Assembly (NCBI GenBank): GCA_029259155.1
Contig: JAPDJI010000029.1
Span: 1-40,831 of the forward strand
Reading direction: 5' to 3'
DNA length: 40,831 nucleotides
DNA from: Candidatus Methanomethylicia archaeon
GTDB taxonomy: Archaea; Thermoproteota; Methanomethylicia; Nezhaarchaeales; B40-G2
Both the position numbers and the translations under genes were made by a program. A model generated the notes under the pieces. It worked only from the letters and a program-made list of their open reading frames with translations. It was not told where the DNA came from and did not search any database. Every line of letters begins with the position of its first letter. Position 1 is the first letter of the stretch. Positions 8,367 through 17,675 of the stretch are shown here, one piece after another.

Positions 8367-9902
8367 CTAGTATTCCTCGAGCATCGGGTAAACCTCAACC
8401 TCGTTTATACCAAAGCCTTTGCCAGCTTTCATCAGCTTCTTGCGGCACCTCTTCATAACTATGGAGGCATAGCTCTTAGGCACATAAATCATGGCTGTGC
8501 CCCTCTCGTCGATCTCTACTCGATACTCAGGAGCGTAGCGGCGGACGATGTTTTCCACTACTCTCCGAGCTGCCTCAGCCCCTTTAACTGCCTTCTTGAC
8601 TGGCACGACGAAGGTTTTCTCGCCGAACACGTATAGCTCGTACTCAGGCTCCTCGGTTAAGAAGTCGTTAACCACCACCACGGGCCTAGCAAGGTCAGCT
8701 TCCTTCAATCCGTGAGGCACCTTTATCGTGGTCTCGATCGCGTAGACCTTTTTGACCGCTCCGTCCTTGATGAAGATCACCGTATCTATCACGGAGGGTA
8801 TCATGCCTAGCTCCACGCGCCCCACGAACCTCTGGATAGCATCGATAGGTGTAGTGGCGTGGACTACACCGACCATACCTACGCCAGCCAACCTTAAGTC
8901 AGCGAAGAGCTTGAAGTCCTCGGTATCTCTCATCTCATCGAAGATCGTATAGTCTGGCCTACTGAGGAGGAGCACGTCATGGATCTCCTCTGAGGTTCCC
9001 TTAGCCTTGGAGTACTGGGTTACTTCACATGGAAGCTGTAGGTCTCGAGGGGCCTCTACGGTTTTAACCACCTTACCCTTCCTCAAGTAAAACTCCGCTA
9101 AGGCTTGGGCAAAGGTGGTCTTCCCCATCCCTGGAGCGCCAGCTATCAATATGCCTTCAGCCTGCGCCTCGAGCCGGTCTATGAGCTTCTTAGGCAACGC
9201 ATAGTCCTCCAGCTCTAACTTAGCGATGGGTCTAACAGCGGTCAGCTCTAAGCCGTCAGAGAAGGGGGGCCTGGTTATGACGATCCTGTAAGACCCCAGC
9301 TGAACTATCGTGGAGCCTTCACGGTCAGCTTCTATGAACCCATCCTCAAACGTCCTAGCCCTCTCTAAGATCTCTTCTACTAGGTCTTCAAGCTCGCTGC
9401 GGTTGAAAGGCCATTCACGGACGGTCTCAAAGATCCATTTACCGGGTGCACCGCGCTTAACGCGTGGAGGCATCCCTTCCTTAATGTGTACAGACATTAC
9501 GTCTTCATTATCGAAGAATTCCTCTAACTTAAGCCGACCTTTAGGCTTCTCATAGAGCACCTTTATCCCGAGGGCTTCAGCTGTCTTAGCCGATACGTAG
9601 TCGCAGGTTACGAGAACGCCATCTATAATGGCGGCGCTATTCCTGATCCTCGCGTTGAGGTCTTCAAGCATGCTTATCTTGCTTCTTCCTATCAACTTGA
9701 TGGCGACGTTATGCTTTAGAGCAGCATCCCTCAGCCGCTTAATCTCGTTTAGTCCCATGAAGTCGCCCATGGAAGCTCTACGTTCAAACTCAGTTATCAT
9801 GCCCCTATGAATGAGAATCTCTCCACTAACCCTGCCCTCTTCTACTAGCTTAGTGAGGGCACCAGACTTAATAGCTGAAAGATCGGGAATATACTTGTAC
9901 AT
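8367..9902 (-). CDS. PINc/VapC-family ATPase (PINA: PIN + P-loop ATPase + KH)
   Basis: N-terminal PIN (YIPDLSAI), GAPGMGKTTFAQA, LLLSRPDYTIFDEMR, DLRLAGVGMVGVVHA. Confidence 0.92.
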   Translation of the reverse strand: MYKYIPDLSAIKSGALTKLVEEGRVSGEILIHRGMITEFERRASMGDFMGLNEIKRLRDAALKHNVAIKLIGRSKISMLEDLNARIRNSAAIIDGVLVTCDYVSAKTAEALGIKVLYEKPKGRLKLEEFFDNEDVMSVHIKEGMPPRVKRGAPGKWIFETVREWPFNRSELEDLVEEILERARTFEDGFIEADREGSTIVQLGSYRIVITRPPFSDGLELTAVRPIAKLELEDYALPKKLIDRLEAQAEGILIAGAPGMGKTTFAQALAEFYLRKGKVVKTVEAPRDLQLPCEVTQYSKAKGTSEEIHDVLLLSRPDYTIFDEMRDTEDFKLFADLRLAGVGMVGVVHATTPIDAIQRFVGRVELGMIPSVIDTVIFIKDGAVKKVYAIETTIKVPHGLKEADLARPVVVVNDFLTEEPEYELYVFGEKTFVVPVKKAVKGAEAARRVVENIVRRYAPEYRVEIDERGTAMIYVPKSYASIVMKRCRKKLMKAGKGFGINEVEVYPMLEEY

Positions 9903-10003
9903 GGTTTCATAATCTGCCCATTTATTTACCTTAGACCCCTTAAAGGGGAGGGGCTAGATATAAAAGTTTTCTTGACAACACGCCTGGGGCCGAGGGATCG
10001 AAA

Positions 10004-10645
10004 GTGAGGCTAACCGTCGTAGGCGTAGACCTTGCAGGGGCTGAGAGTAGGCCTACAGGAATCTGTGTGCTTAGAGGGCTGAGGGTGGAGGTCAGGGAAG
10101 TTAAAGAAGACGAGGAAATCATGCGTGAAGCCCGCGTTAACAAGGCAGATCTGGTCGCGATAGATGCTCCATTAAGCCTACCTAGAGGTAGACGTAGCTT
10201 AGAGGAGCGTAGCCCCCATCACTTGAGGCTTTGTGATCGGGAGCTTCTTACGCGTAGAATCAAGTTTTTCCCCGTCACGCTTGGGCCCATGAGAAAGCTT
10301 ACCGCGAGGGGGATGAGGTTGAAGGATGCTCTTGAACGTGAAGGCTTCAAGGTAATAGAGGTGTACCCTGGAGGAGCACAGGACGTACTAGGTATCCCTA
10401 GGAAGGGCAGAGGCAAAGAGAAGCTACTTGAAGGTTTAAGGGGACTAGGTTTACATGAACTTAGCGCTGAGGCTTCAGACCATGAATTAGACGCCGCCAC
10501 AGCTGCGGTCGTAGGCGCTCTCTTCCTACTTAGCCTCCATGAAGCTTATGGGGACCCTGAGGAAGGACAGATAATAATGCCTAGGACTGGGCTGAGCAGT
10601 AACGAGGTTTATTCAGCGCTTAGGGAGCTTGATGCAGATTGCTGA
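10004..10645 (+). CDS. DUF429 family protein (predicted RNase H-like nuclease)
   Basis: VVGVDLAG..RPTG, AIDAPLS.P, R.CDREL, IEVYP, HELDA. Confidence 0.8.
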   Translation: MRLTVVGVDLAGAESRPTGICVLRGLRVEVREVKEDEEIMREARVNKADLVAIDAPLSLPRGRRSLEERSPHHLRLCDRELLTRRIKFFPVTLGPMRKLTARGMRLKDALEREGFKVIEVYPGGAQDVLGIPRKGRGKEKLLEGLRGLGLHELSAEASDHELDAATAAVVGALFLLSLHEAYGDPEEGQIIMPRTGLSSNEVYSALRELDADC

Positions 10646-10862
10646 GGTTTTTCTTAGCCTCCTCTAGTTTAAGTCGAGAGGCTTGATAAGCGGCCTCCTC
10701 AGCCGTGGAGGCGGAGGCTAACACCTGTACCTTAGACAGGTCGTTGAGCTTGCCGCAGTAGGGGCAACGTCTTTTAGCGAACCTAGACGAGGTTGTTTGT
10801 ATATGGCCGCAGGTTAGGCAACGGAAAACTACGTACTTGTACATCGAGGCTGGCTTACGCAC
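10620..10862 (-). CDS. Small zinc-ribbon protein (DUF1922-like)
   Basis: YVVFRCLTCG...RRCPYCG. Confidence 0.7.
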   Translation of the reverse strand: MRKPASMYKYVVFRCLTCGHIQTTSSRFAKRRCPYCGKLNDLSKVQVLASASTAEEAAYQASRLKLEEAKKNLSNLHQAP

Positions 10863-10941
10863 ACCTCTCCCTTAAACCTGTCGTGTTGCGGAGGACGCAT
10901 GGTTTATTAGCGGTGGCTTAAAGCTTAAAGAGGGCTTAAAT

Positions 10942-12030
10942 TTGACGCTGATCGACCAACTAGTCAAACCTTCGGTTAAAGAATTGAAGCCCTACGAGGC
11001 TGTGGAGCCCCCTCCAGGGGTCGTGGAGCTCGATGCAAACGAAAATCTCCTAGTAGATGAGAGATGGGCTAAGGAAATCCTGCTTAGAGCAGCGCAAGGC
11101 GTGGATCCTCGAAGCTATCCTCCAGCTTACGGTCGAGAGGCGGTAAAGGCGTTAAGCCGTCATCTAGCCGTTGACGAGAAGGCGCTCGCCGTCAATAACG
11201 GGTCGGACGAGTTTATAGACCTGGTCTTTAAGGCCTTCGTAAGTCCTGGCGACGAAGTAGTGATAGTTGAGCCTACCTTTGAGATCTACGGTTTGATGGC
11301 GAAGGTAGCTGGAGCTGTGGTCAAACGGGTCTTAGTAGATGCGGACTTTAAGTTAAACGTGGAGGGAGTGTTGGAAGCTACAGGGCAGAGGACCAAGCTG
11401 ATATTCCTATGTTCGCCAAACAACCCAACCGGTGTCCAATATAGCCCAGAGGAGGTGAGGAAAGTAGCTGAGGAGTGTAGATGCCTCGTTGTGGTTGATG
11501 AAGCTTATGTTGACTTCGCCGAGAAAACAGTGATGAATTTAGCCCTCGAGCTAGACAACGTTTTGGTCTTAAGGTCCTTTTCAAAGACCGCTGGCATGGC
11601 TGGGTTAAGGATAGGCTACGCGTTAGCCTCGCCTCATATCATCGAAACACTGCGAAAAGTAGACTTGCCCTTCCGCGTAAGCGGAGTGGCTCAGAAAGCC
11701 TTAGCCCTAGCACTGGAGGAATGGAATAAAGTAGGGCTCTTCTTGAGGAAGGTGAAGGAAGAGCGTGAACGGCTCTTCAACGAGCTTTCCTCGATAAATG
11801 GCCTCAAACCCTATCCATCGCAGGCCAACTTCTTCTTAGTGAGAGTGGTTAAGGAGGGGTTCACTTCACGAAGAGTGTACGAATCTTTACTGAGAAGAGG
11901 GCTACTGGTACGTGATAGAGGGCATTTACCTATGCTTGAAAACTGCCTCAGAATAACGGTGGGTACCCGTGAAGTTAACAGGAGGCTATTGGAGGCGTTG
12001 AGGGAGGTGATGGAGGCTGCGCAGAGCTAA
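10942..12030 (+). CDS. hisC: Histidinol-phosphate aminotransferase
   Basis: LDANEN, NGSDE, CSPNNPTG, DEAY, RSFSK..GMAGLRIGY. Adjacent to hisB. Confidence 0.93.
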   Translation: MTLIDQLVKPSVKELKPYEAVEPPPGVVELDANENLLVDERWAKEILLRAAQGVDPRSYPPAYGREAVKALSRHLAVDEKALAVNNGSDEFIDLVFKAFVSPGDEVVIVEPTFEIYGLMAKVAGAVVKRVLVDADFKLNVEGVLEATGQRTKLIFLCSPNNPTGVQYSPEEVRKVAEECRCLVVVDEAYVDFAEKTVMNLALELDNVLVLRSFSKTAGMAGLRIGYALASPHIIETLRKVDLPFRVSGVAQKALALALEEWNKVGLFLRKVKEERERLFNELSSINGLKPYPSQANFFLVRVVKEGFTSRRVYESLLRRGLLVRDRGHLPMLENCLRITVGTREVNRRLLEALREVMEAAQS

Positions 12031-12592
12031 GATCAAATGTGAAACCTTTGAGACTAAGGTGGAAGTTGAGGTAGACCTTGACGGTGCAGGGAACTATGAG
12101 GTCGACGTGAAGCCAAGCTTCCTCAAACATATGCTTGAAACCCTATCTAAACACTCCCTAATAGACTTGAAAGTGAAGGCGCAGGGCGACCTGGCTCATC
12201 ACGTGGTTGAGGACGTGGCCTTAACAATAGGTAAAGCTTTAGATGAAGCTCTTGGAACGAGGGAGGGCATAGCTCGCTTCGGCTTCGCCTACGCCCCTAT
12301 GGACGATGCCTTAGCCAGAGCGGCGGTAGATCTAAGCGGTAGAAGCTTTGCGGTAGTGAACCTTAAGATCAAGTCACCCCAGGTGGAGGACCTAAGAGCT
12401 GAGGACGCTGCACACTTCTTAAGGTCGTTCTCCGACGCTGGTAGGTTAAACCTTCATGTAAAGGTATTATACGGCGTTGACGACCACCACAAGGTTGAGG
12501 CTGCCTTCAAATCACTAGCCTTAGCGCTCAGACAAGCAGTTTCGCTAGATCAGAGAATCAAAGGAGTTGCTAGCGTTAAAGGATCGCTTTAG
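12017..12592 (+). CDS. hisB: Imidazoleglycerol-phosphate dehydratase (probable CTG start)
   Basis: HHVVED, PMDDALA, DDHHKVEAAFK. An in-frame extension (M)RRAKIKCETFETKV from CTG 12017 matches the conserved N-terminus. SD GGAGGTGA at 12003-12010. Confidence 0.92.
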   Translation: MRRAKIKCETFETKVEVEVDLDGAGNYEVDVKPSFLKHMLETLSKHSLIDLKVKAQGDLAHHVVEDVALTIGKALDEALGTREGIARFGFAYAPMDDALARAAVDLSGRSFAVVNLKIKSPQVEDLRAEDAAHFLRSFSDAGRLNLHVKVLYGVDDHHKVEAAFKSLALALRQAVSLDQRIKGVASVKGSL

Positions 12593-12820
12593 CTAAGCTG
12601 TTTCCACCGACTCAACGTCTGGAACTTCTCTCTTAAGGACTGCTTCCACGAACTGCTTGACGGTAAACTGCCTCATAGGACACATAGCGCACGCGCCGCT
12701 CAACCTAACCTTGACCCTACCTCCATCTATACCTACTAGGTCGATTCCTCCTCCCTCAGCAGCTAAGAGGGGGCTCACCTTGTTCTTCAATACTTCCTTA
12801 ACCTTCTCTTCGTCAACCAT
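12593..12820 (-). CDS. NifU C-terminal domain protein
   Basis: VSPLLAAEGGGIDLV..VKVRLSGACAMCP. ATG at 12820. Confidence 0.88.
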   Translation of the reverse strand: MVDEEKVKEVLKNKVSPLLAAEGGGIDLVGIDGGRVKVRLSGACAMCPMRQFTVKQFVEAVLKREVPDVESVETA

Positions 12821-12860
12821 GACCGTCAGCCACCTTAACCTCAAAGGCCTTGCTGACTTA

Positions 12861-14219
12861 TTAAGATTGCCTTGCTAAAATGAGCTTCTCAGCCTCCCTG
12901 AACAGCTTATCTAAAGCCTCCTGATCCTTCGCTTCCACCGTCAACTTGATCAAAGGCTGGGTGTTGGAAGGTCTTATCAAGAACCAGCCGCTGTCAAAGA
13001 GCGCTTTCACCCCATCAAGCTCCATAACCTTAACCCCTACTGCCTTGAGCTCCTGAGCTATCTCGGCCACTACTTTGAACTTCACTTGGTCGGGGAAGTC
13101 ATAGTTCTTGGACCTTGAAGGATACCGTGGAAGTTTATCTACCAGTGCAGATAATGGTTGTTCGATCTCAGATAACATCTCAGCTACCTTTAGGCTAGCG
13201 TAGACTCCGTCGTCGATCCCCCATATCTCTTTAAAGTAAAGATGGCTGCTCCTCTCCCCTCCAATTAAAGCCCCGGTCTTCAGCATAGTGTCCATTATGT
13301 AGGCGTGTCCAACCCTACTCACTATGACTCTACCTCCTAGCTGCTTAACTATCTCCTCCACTACTGAAGAGCTGCTTACATCCAACACTATGGAGCTTCC
13401 TGGCTCCCTGGGTAGGTAATGGTGGACGAGGAGAGCTGTCATCGAGTCGCCTAGCAGCACCCTACCTTTATCGTCGATAAATACCGCCCTGTCACCATCA
13501 CCATCGTAACCTACACCGAAATCCGCCTTCTCTTCGACGACCACTCGTTTAAGCTCACTTAACGTCTCCTCGGTAGGCTCGGGGAGATGATTAGGAAAAC
13601 GTCCGTCAGGCTCAGCGTTCAACGCTACTACCTTACAGCCTAGTTTTTCGAAGAGCCTAGGTGCGGTCAACGAACAACACCCGTTAGAGAGGTCTAAGGC
13701 CACTTTAAGCTCCCTGGACACCTTGACTTTACTTAGTAGGAAGCTCGTATACTCCTCAAGGAACCCTTCATCAGGTACTACCTCGCCTTTAACCTCATCC
13801 TCAGCTAGGTAGGGATTTTGAGCTAGAGCCTTCAGGTCCTCCATGCCCATGCCCTCCGACACCATCTTCGCCCCCCTCATGCAGAGCTTAAACCCATTCC
13901 ACTCAGGAGGGTTGTGGCTCGCTGTTACCATCACTCCTCCATCCAGCTTCTTAGCCACAACCGCATAGTAGAGGGCCGGTGTGGGTACTAGGCCTACATC
14001 AATTACGTTGCAGCCTGCCTTAACAAGCCCTTGCGTAAAGGCCTTCTTGAGGTTAGGGCTACTTAGCCTGACATCCATCCCTATGGCTATCTTTCTGCCA
14101 CGGCCTCCTGCGTAATGTCCAAAGGCTAAACCTATCCGTTCAGCTATTTCACCTGTCAGGTCTACGCCGTAGACTCCTCTAATGTCGTAAGCCCTAAAGA
14201 TATGGTCAGGTATCATCAA
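12861..14219 (-). CDS. Phosphomannomutase/phosphoglucomutase
   Basis: FRAYDIRG, VTASHNP, DGDGDR, GGERSSH, RPSNTQP. Confidence 0.93.
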   Translation of the reverse strand: MMIPDHIFRAYDIRGVYGVDLTGEIAERIGLAFGHYAGGRGRKIAIGMDVRLSSPNLKKAFTQGLVKAGCNVIDVGLVPTPALYYAVVAKKLDGGVMVTASHNPPEWNGFKLCMRGAKMVSEGMGMEDLKALAQNPYLAEDEVKGEVVPDEGFLEEYTSFLLSKVKVSRELKVALDLSNGCCSLTAPRLFEKLGCKVVALNAEPDGRFPNHLPEPTEETLSELKRVVVEEKADFGVGYDGDGDRAVFIDDKGRVLLGDSMTALLVHHYLPREPGSSIVLDVSSSSVVEEIVKQLGGRVIVSRVGHAYIMDTMLKTGALIGGERSSHLYFKEIWGIDDGVYASLKVAEMLSEIEQPLSALVDKLPRYPSRSKNYDFPDQVKFKVVAEIAQELKAVGVKVMELDGVKALFDSGWFLIRPSNTQPLIKLTVEAKDQEALDKLFREAEKLILARQS

Positions 14220-14327
14220 GAAGACTTCACCGAGAAAAACAACTTAAGAACCTATTAAAAATAGTTAAGCGTCCATTATGGTGAAGCTAAACATAAAGAG
14301 CCAGAGGAACTCTATTGCTAGAACGCT

Positions 14328-14705
14328 ATGGCCCCGTTCAAATGCATCAGGTGTGGCAAATGTTGTCTAAACACGGAGATGCCCTTGACCGAGGAAGACA
14401 TAGCTAGGTTGGAGGCCCTCGGCTACATTAGGAGGGATTTTGCCAGGGTTGAAGAAGGATTGATAAAGCTAAGAAACGTCGATGGACACTGTTTCTTCTA
14501 TAACCCTGAGCTGAAGGCATGTATGGTTTATGAAAATAGGCCTGAGGGTTGTAGGCTCTACCCCTTCATATACGTTGAGGGAGTAGGCGTCACCGTCGAC
14601 CCTGAGTGCAGTGTAGCCCACACCGTCAGTGGTAGGGAGGTGGCTAAGGCAGCCCCTAAAGTATTAAGCCTTCTTCGGAGGCTTGGGTTGTTGAAGGAAG
14701 GTTAA
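14328..14705 (+). CDS. YkgJ-family cysteine cluster protein
   Basis: CIRCGKCC..TEMPL, CFFY...CMVYENRPEGCRLYP. Confidence 0.85.
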   Translation: MAPFKCIRCGKCCLNTEMPLTEEDIARLEALGYIRRDFARVEEGLIKLRNVDGHCFFYNPELKACMVYENRPEGCRLYPFIYVEGVGVTVDPECSVAHTVSGREVAKAAPKVLSLLRRLGLLKEG

Positions 14706-14748
14706 GCCCAATACAGCTTAAAAAGCCTACTAAGCCTAGTCGTTTTAG

Positions 14749-15750
14749 GTGGAAGTTTTGGCTAAGATATGGCGTGACGATGAAGTCAGCTTGGACCCTA
14801 TCAAGGGAGAAACCGTAGCTATCATAGGCTACGGCAACCAAGGCCATGCACAGGCAAACAACCTTAGGGATTCAGGGGTACATGTCATCTTAGGGCTGAG
14901 GAGCGATGAAACCGAGTCGAAGGCCAAGAAAGACGGCTTTGAGGTCTATAGCATACCTGAAGCGGCGGAGCGAGGCGATATCATACATTTCCTGATACCC
15001 GACATGGTTCAAGCTGAAGTGTACGAAGCCATGGTTAAGCCGTACCTGAAGCCAGGTAAAGCCTTATGCTTCTCTCACGGCGCTGCCATCCACTGGAGAT
15101 GGATCGTGCCGCCGGAATACGTGGACGTGATCATGGTGGCTCCCAAGGCCCCAGGACAACGTGTACGTGAGCTTTACCTTGAAGGATTCGGGGCTCCCGC
15201 CCTAGTAGCCGTATACCAGGATCATACAGGTAGAGCTTGGCAAAGGATCCTCGCCATAGCTAAAGGCATAGGCGCTACGAGAGCGGGTGTAATCGAGACC
15301 ACGTTCAAGGAAGAAGTGGAAACCGACTGGTTCGGCGAACAGGTAGATCTCTGCGGAGGCGTAGACCGTTTAATAAGGACAGCCTTCGAGGTCCTAGTGG
15401 AGGCTGGTTATCAGCCTGAAGTAGCCTACTTCGAGTGCCTCCATGAACTTAAGCTGATAGTCGACTTGATCCAGCGCTACGGCATAACAGGCATGTACAG
15501 GCGTGTAAGCGAAACAGCCAGGTATGGCGGCTTAACGCGAGGTGGCAGGGTGATAGGTGAAGGCGTAAAGGAGGCCATGAGGCAGGTGTTGATGGAGGTG
15601 CAGTCGGGGAAGTTCGCTGAAGAGTGGGTAGAGGCTTGGAAACATGAAGGGCCTGAAGCCTTCAACAAGTACATGAAAGAGCTCGAAGGTCATCCAATAG
15701 AGAAGGTGGGTGAAAAGCTCAGGGAAATGATGTGGAAAGAGAACGTTTAA
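14749..15750 (+). CDS. ilvC: Ketol-acid reductoisomerase
   Basis: [53 protein letters not shown]. Confidence 0.96.
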   Translation: MEVLAKIWRDDEVSLDPIKGETVAIIGYGNQGHAQANNLRDSGVHVILGLRSDETESKAKKDGFEVYSIPEAAERGDIIHFLIPDMVQAEVYEAMVKPYLKPGKALCFSHGAAIHWRWIVPPEYVDVIMVAPKAPGQRVRELYLEGFGAPALVAVYQDHTGRAWQRILAIAKGIGATRAGVIETTFKEEVETDWFGEQVDLCGGVDRLIRTAFEVLVEAGYQPEVAYFECLHELKLIVDLIQRYGITGMYRRVSETARYGGLTRGGRVIGEGVKEAMRQVLMEVQSGKFAEEWVEAWKHEGPEAFNKYMKELEGHPIEKVGEKLREMMWKENV

Positions 15751-15779
15751 GGCGAAGGAGCCTAGCTCTCATAACAGGT

Positions 15780-16105
15780 CGTCAAACAGGGCCGCACATA
15801 GCAAGGTTCTAACAGTCTTAACGCCCCCTGCTTCATAGCCTTTACAAGCCGCATAGCCAGCTTCCTTCTTCCCCCCTTCGCCGAGGCTATCCACATGTAA
15901 ACGAGGCTTAGAGCCCGTCTTCGCCTATCCGGTGGCTGGATAATCCTTCATAGACGGCTTTGGCTTCGTCCCATAGAGCCTCTATCCCTCTTCCATTAAG
16001 CTTACCTTTAAGGTGAAACTTCAAGACTATTGGAAAGGATGGGCCGAAAATCTCCTCCAAGGTTTTGAAGATCTCCTCCACCACTTCACCCCTAGACCTC
16101 CCCAA
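15780..16105 (-). pseudogene. Degraded small KaiC-associated protein (DUF3227-like)
   Basis: EEIFKTLEEIFG.SF.IVLKFHL...ALWDEAKAVYEGL resembles the small helical proteins encoded downstream of archaeal KaiC ATPases. Similarity breaks into a premature stop at 15908. Confidence 0.45.
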
Positions 16106-16753
16106 TTATAGGCCCAACGTATTACCACCTCTCCTTTCTCGATGTGCAAGGTATGTTTATGTGGATCATGCGTGCTCATCCTTTCCTTGAACACAGTTAT
16201 CATGCGCTTAACCTCGTTCCCGGAACAGTTAAACCATAGGGACACTGTATTGTCCACCGCGGTGCTTATGGTCAATTCCTCTCCTTTCATGAGGTCCTCT
16301 AAGGAAGTTAGCAGACAAGTGACACCATGCTTCTTGCAAAGCAGGATGAGGCTTCTAGCCAGCTCTAGGAATTCTTCTTCGTCATAATGTCTAGCCAGAC
16401 TATCAACGATGAGGCGTTCAGGTTTTAAGTTCTTCACGAGTTTCTCCATGTAGAAGTAGAGTGCACCTTCAGTGAAAAGCCTTGGACTCATGCTTATTAT
16501 CTTTAAGTTGTCTGACAGTTTCTCGTAGTTGAAGCCTAGCGACTTCACTAAGGAGATTAGTTGACTCTGCGGCTCCTCGAAGCTAAAGTAAAGGACAGGG
16601 TTACCTCAATAGCTCCTTTGGCTGCAAACACCGCAGCTATCGTGGTCTTACCTGTGCCGCTAGGCCCCGCCCATAAGGTGGCTGAGCCCTTGAATAAGCC
16701 TCCTCGAAGGACCTGGTCTAATTCTTCAACACATGTGGTGATCGTTCTATCAA
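16027..16753 (-). pseudogene. KaiC/RAD55-family ATPase, frameshifted
   Basis: One frame reads ITTCVEELDQVLRGGLFKGSATLWAGPSGTGKT. A 1-nt shift near 16604 leads into GNPVLYFSFEEPQSQL...ERLIVDSL...STAVDN...FKERMSTHD. Confidence 0.85.
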
Positions 16754-16839
16754 ACCTTCTTTAGATTATTAGAACAGAAGATCTACTGAAGCATTATAAT
16801 TAAAGTACCGTTCCATAAAAATGATGCGGTAAGTCAGCT

Positions 16840-17640
16840 TCACCTACGCTTGATCAAAAACTCACAGTAGGGATCTCCTTTAGCTACACATGAGGTTTCT
16901 ATAGCTATGACCTCCTTACCCATCAGCTTGCTTACCAGTCCCGTTAAAAGACCTCTGAAGAGGTGGCTGTTAGGCTTATCCTTAGGGCCTGCTAAGCTGC
17001 ATTCAAAGAGGTCGTATGTCCTGATGATTGCTTCAGGTGCTTCTTCATCCCACTTCACGATCTCTCCCCTGAGCCAGCCCAGAGATTTGAAGATTCGAAG
17101 CAAGCTAGCAGCAATCTCTTCGCCTGTAAAACCTGGAAGAAGTGGTTTCCAGTCTCTTTCAAGAGCTTCGCCAGCTGCGACGCCTTCATAGAAGAGGATG
17201 GTTTCACCAGCTGAGCCCCACTCCTTCTTTATACGCTCTATCATGCTTATTACGGGTCCAGAGATATAGATCATTCCTCTCCATCCACCTACTAGGATGG
17301 GGAAGTGGAAGGGGTCTATGAGCAGCCCATCTATTTCAGGCTCAGCCATCTTTATGTCAAGCACGTCAGGCAGGCCTTTAAGCTCCTCGAAGAGGATTTT
17401 AGGTTCCACGGCAGCTTCCGTAGCATCTAAGACCAAAAACATAGAAGCCTGTTCGTCACTTGGTGATAGGGCGGCTACAACGCTACAGAGTACGTTTAGG
17501 TTATGTTTTGCAGTAACTGCTAATACGCTGGCAAGGGAGCCAGGCTTATTTATCATGTCTATCTTGAAGCCAATTAGCCTCCTGCCGAAGGCCATAACTA
17601 CCCTAGCTATGTTTAAAGGGGAAAGCTCGGAGGACATCAA
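16840..17640 (-). CDS. ACT domain + V4R domain protein
   Basis: ACT (NKPGSLASVLAV.AKHNLNV) and V4R (DLFEC...SHLFRG..G...ETSCVAKGDPYCEF). Confidence 0.88.
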   Translation of the reverse strand: MMSSELSPLNIARVVMAFGRRLIGFKIDMINKPGSLASVLAVTAKHNLNVLCSVVAALSPSDEQASMFLVLDATEAAVEPKILFEELKGLPDVLDIKMAEPEIDGLLIDPFHFPILVGGWRGMIYISGPVISMIERIKKEWGSAGETILFYEGVAAGEALERDWKPLLPGFTGEEIAASLLRIFKSLGWLRGEIVKWDEEAPEAIIRTYDLFECSLAGPKDKPNSHLFRGLLTGLVSKLMGKEVIAIETSCVAKGDPYCEFLIKRR

Positions 17641-17675
17641 GGGAGCTGATGCACAAGGCTAATTAAGCTTTCCCT

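Noticed and set aside
16595-16615. Programmed frameshift or Sec readthrough in the KaiC gene
   Set aside because: No slippery heptamer, and additional lesions in the same locus indicate decay.
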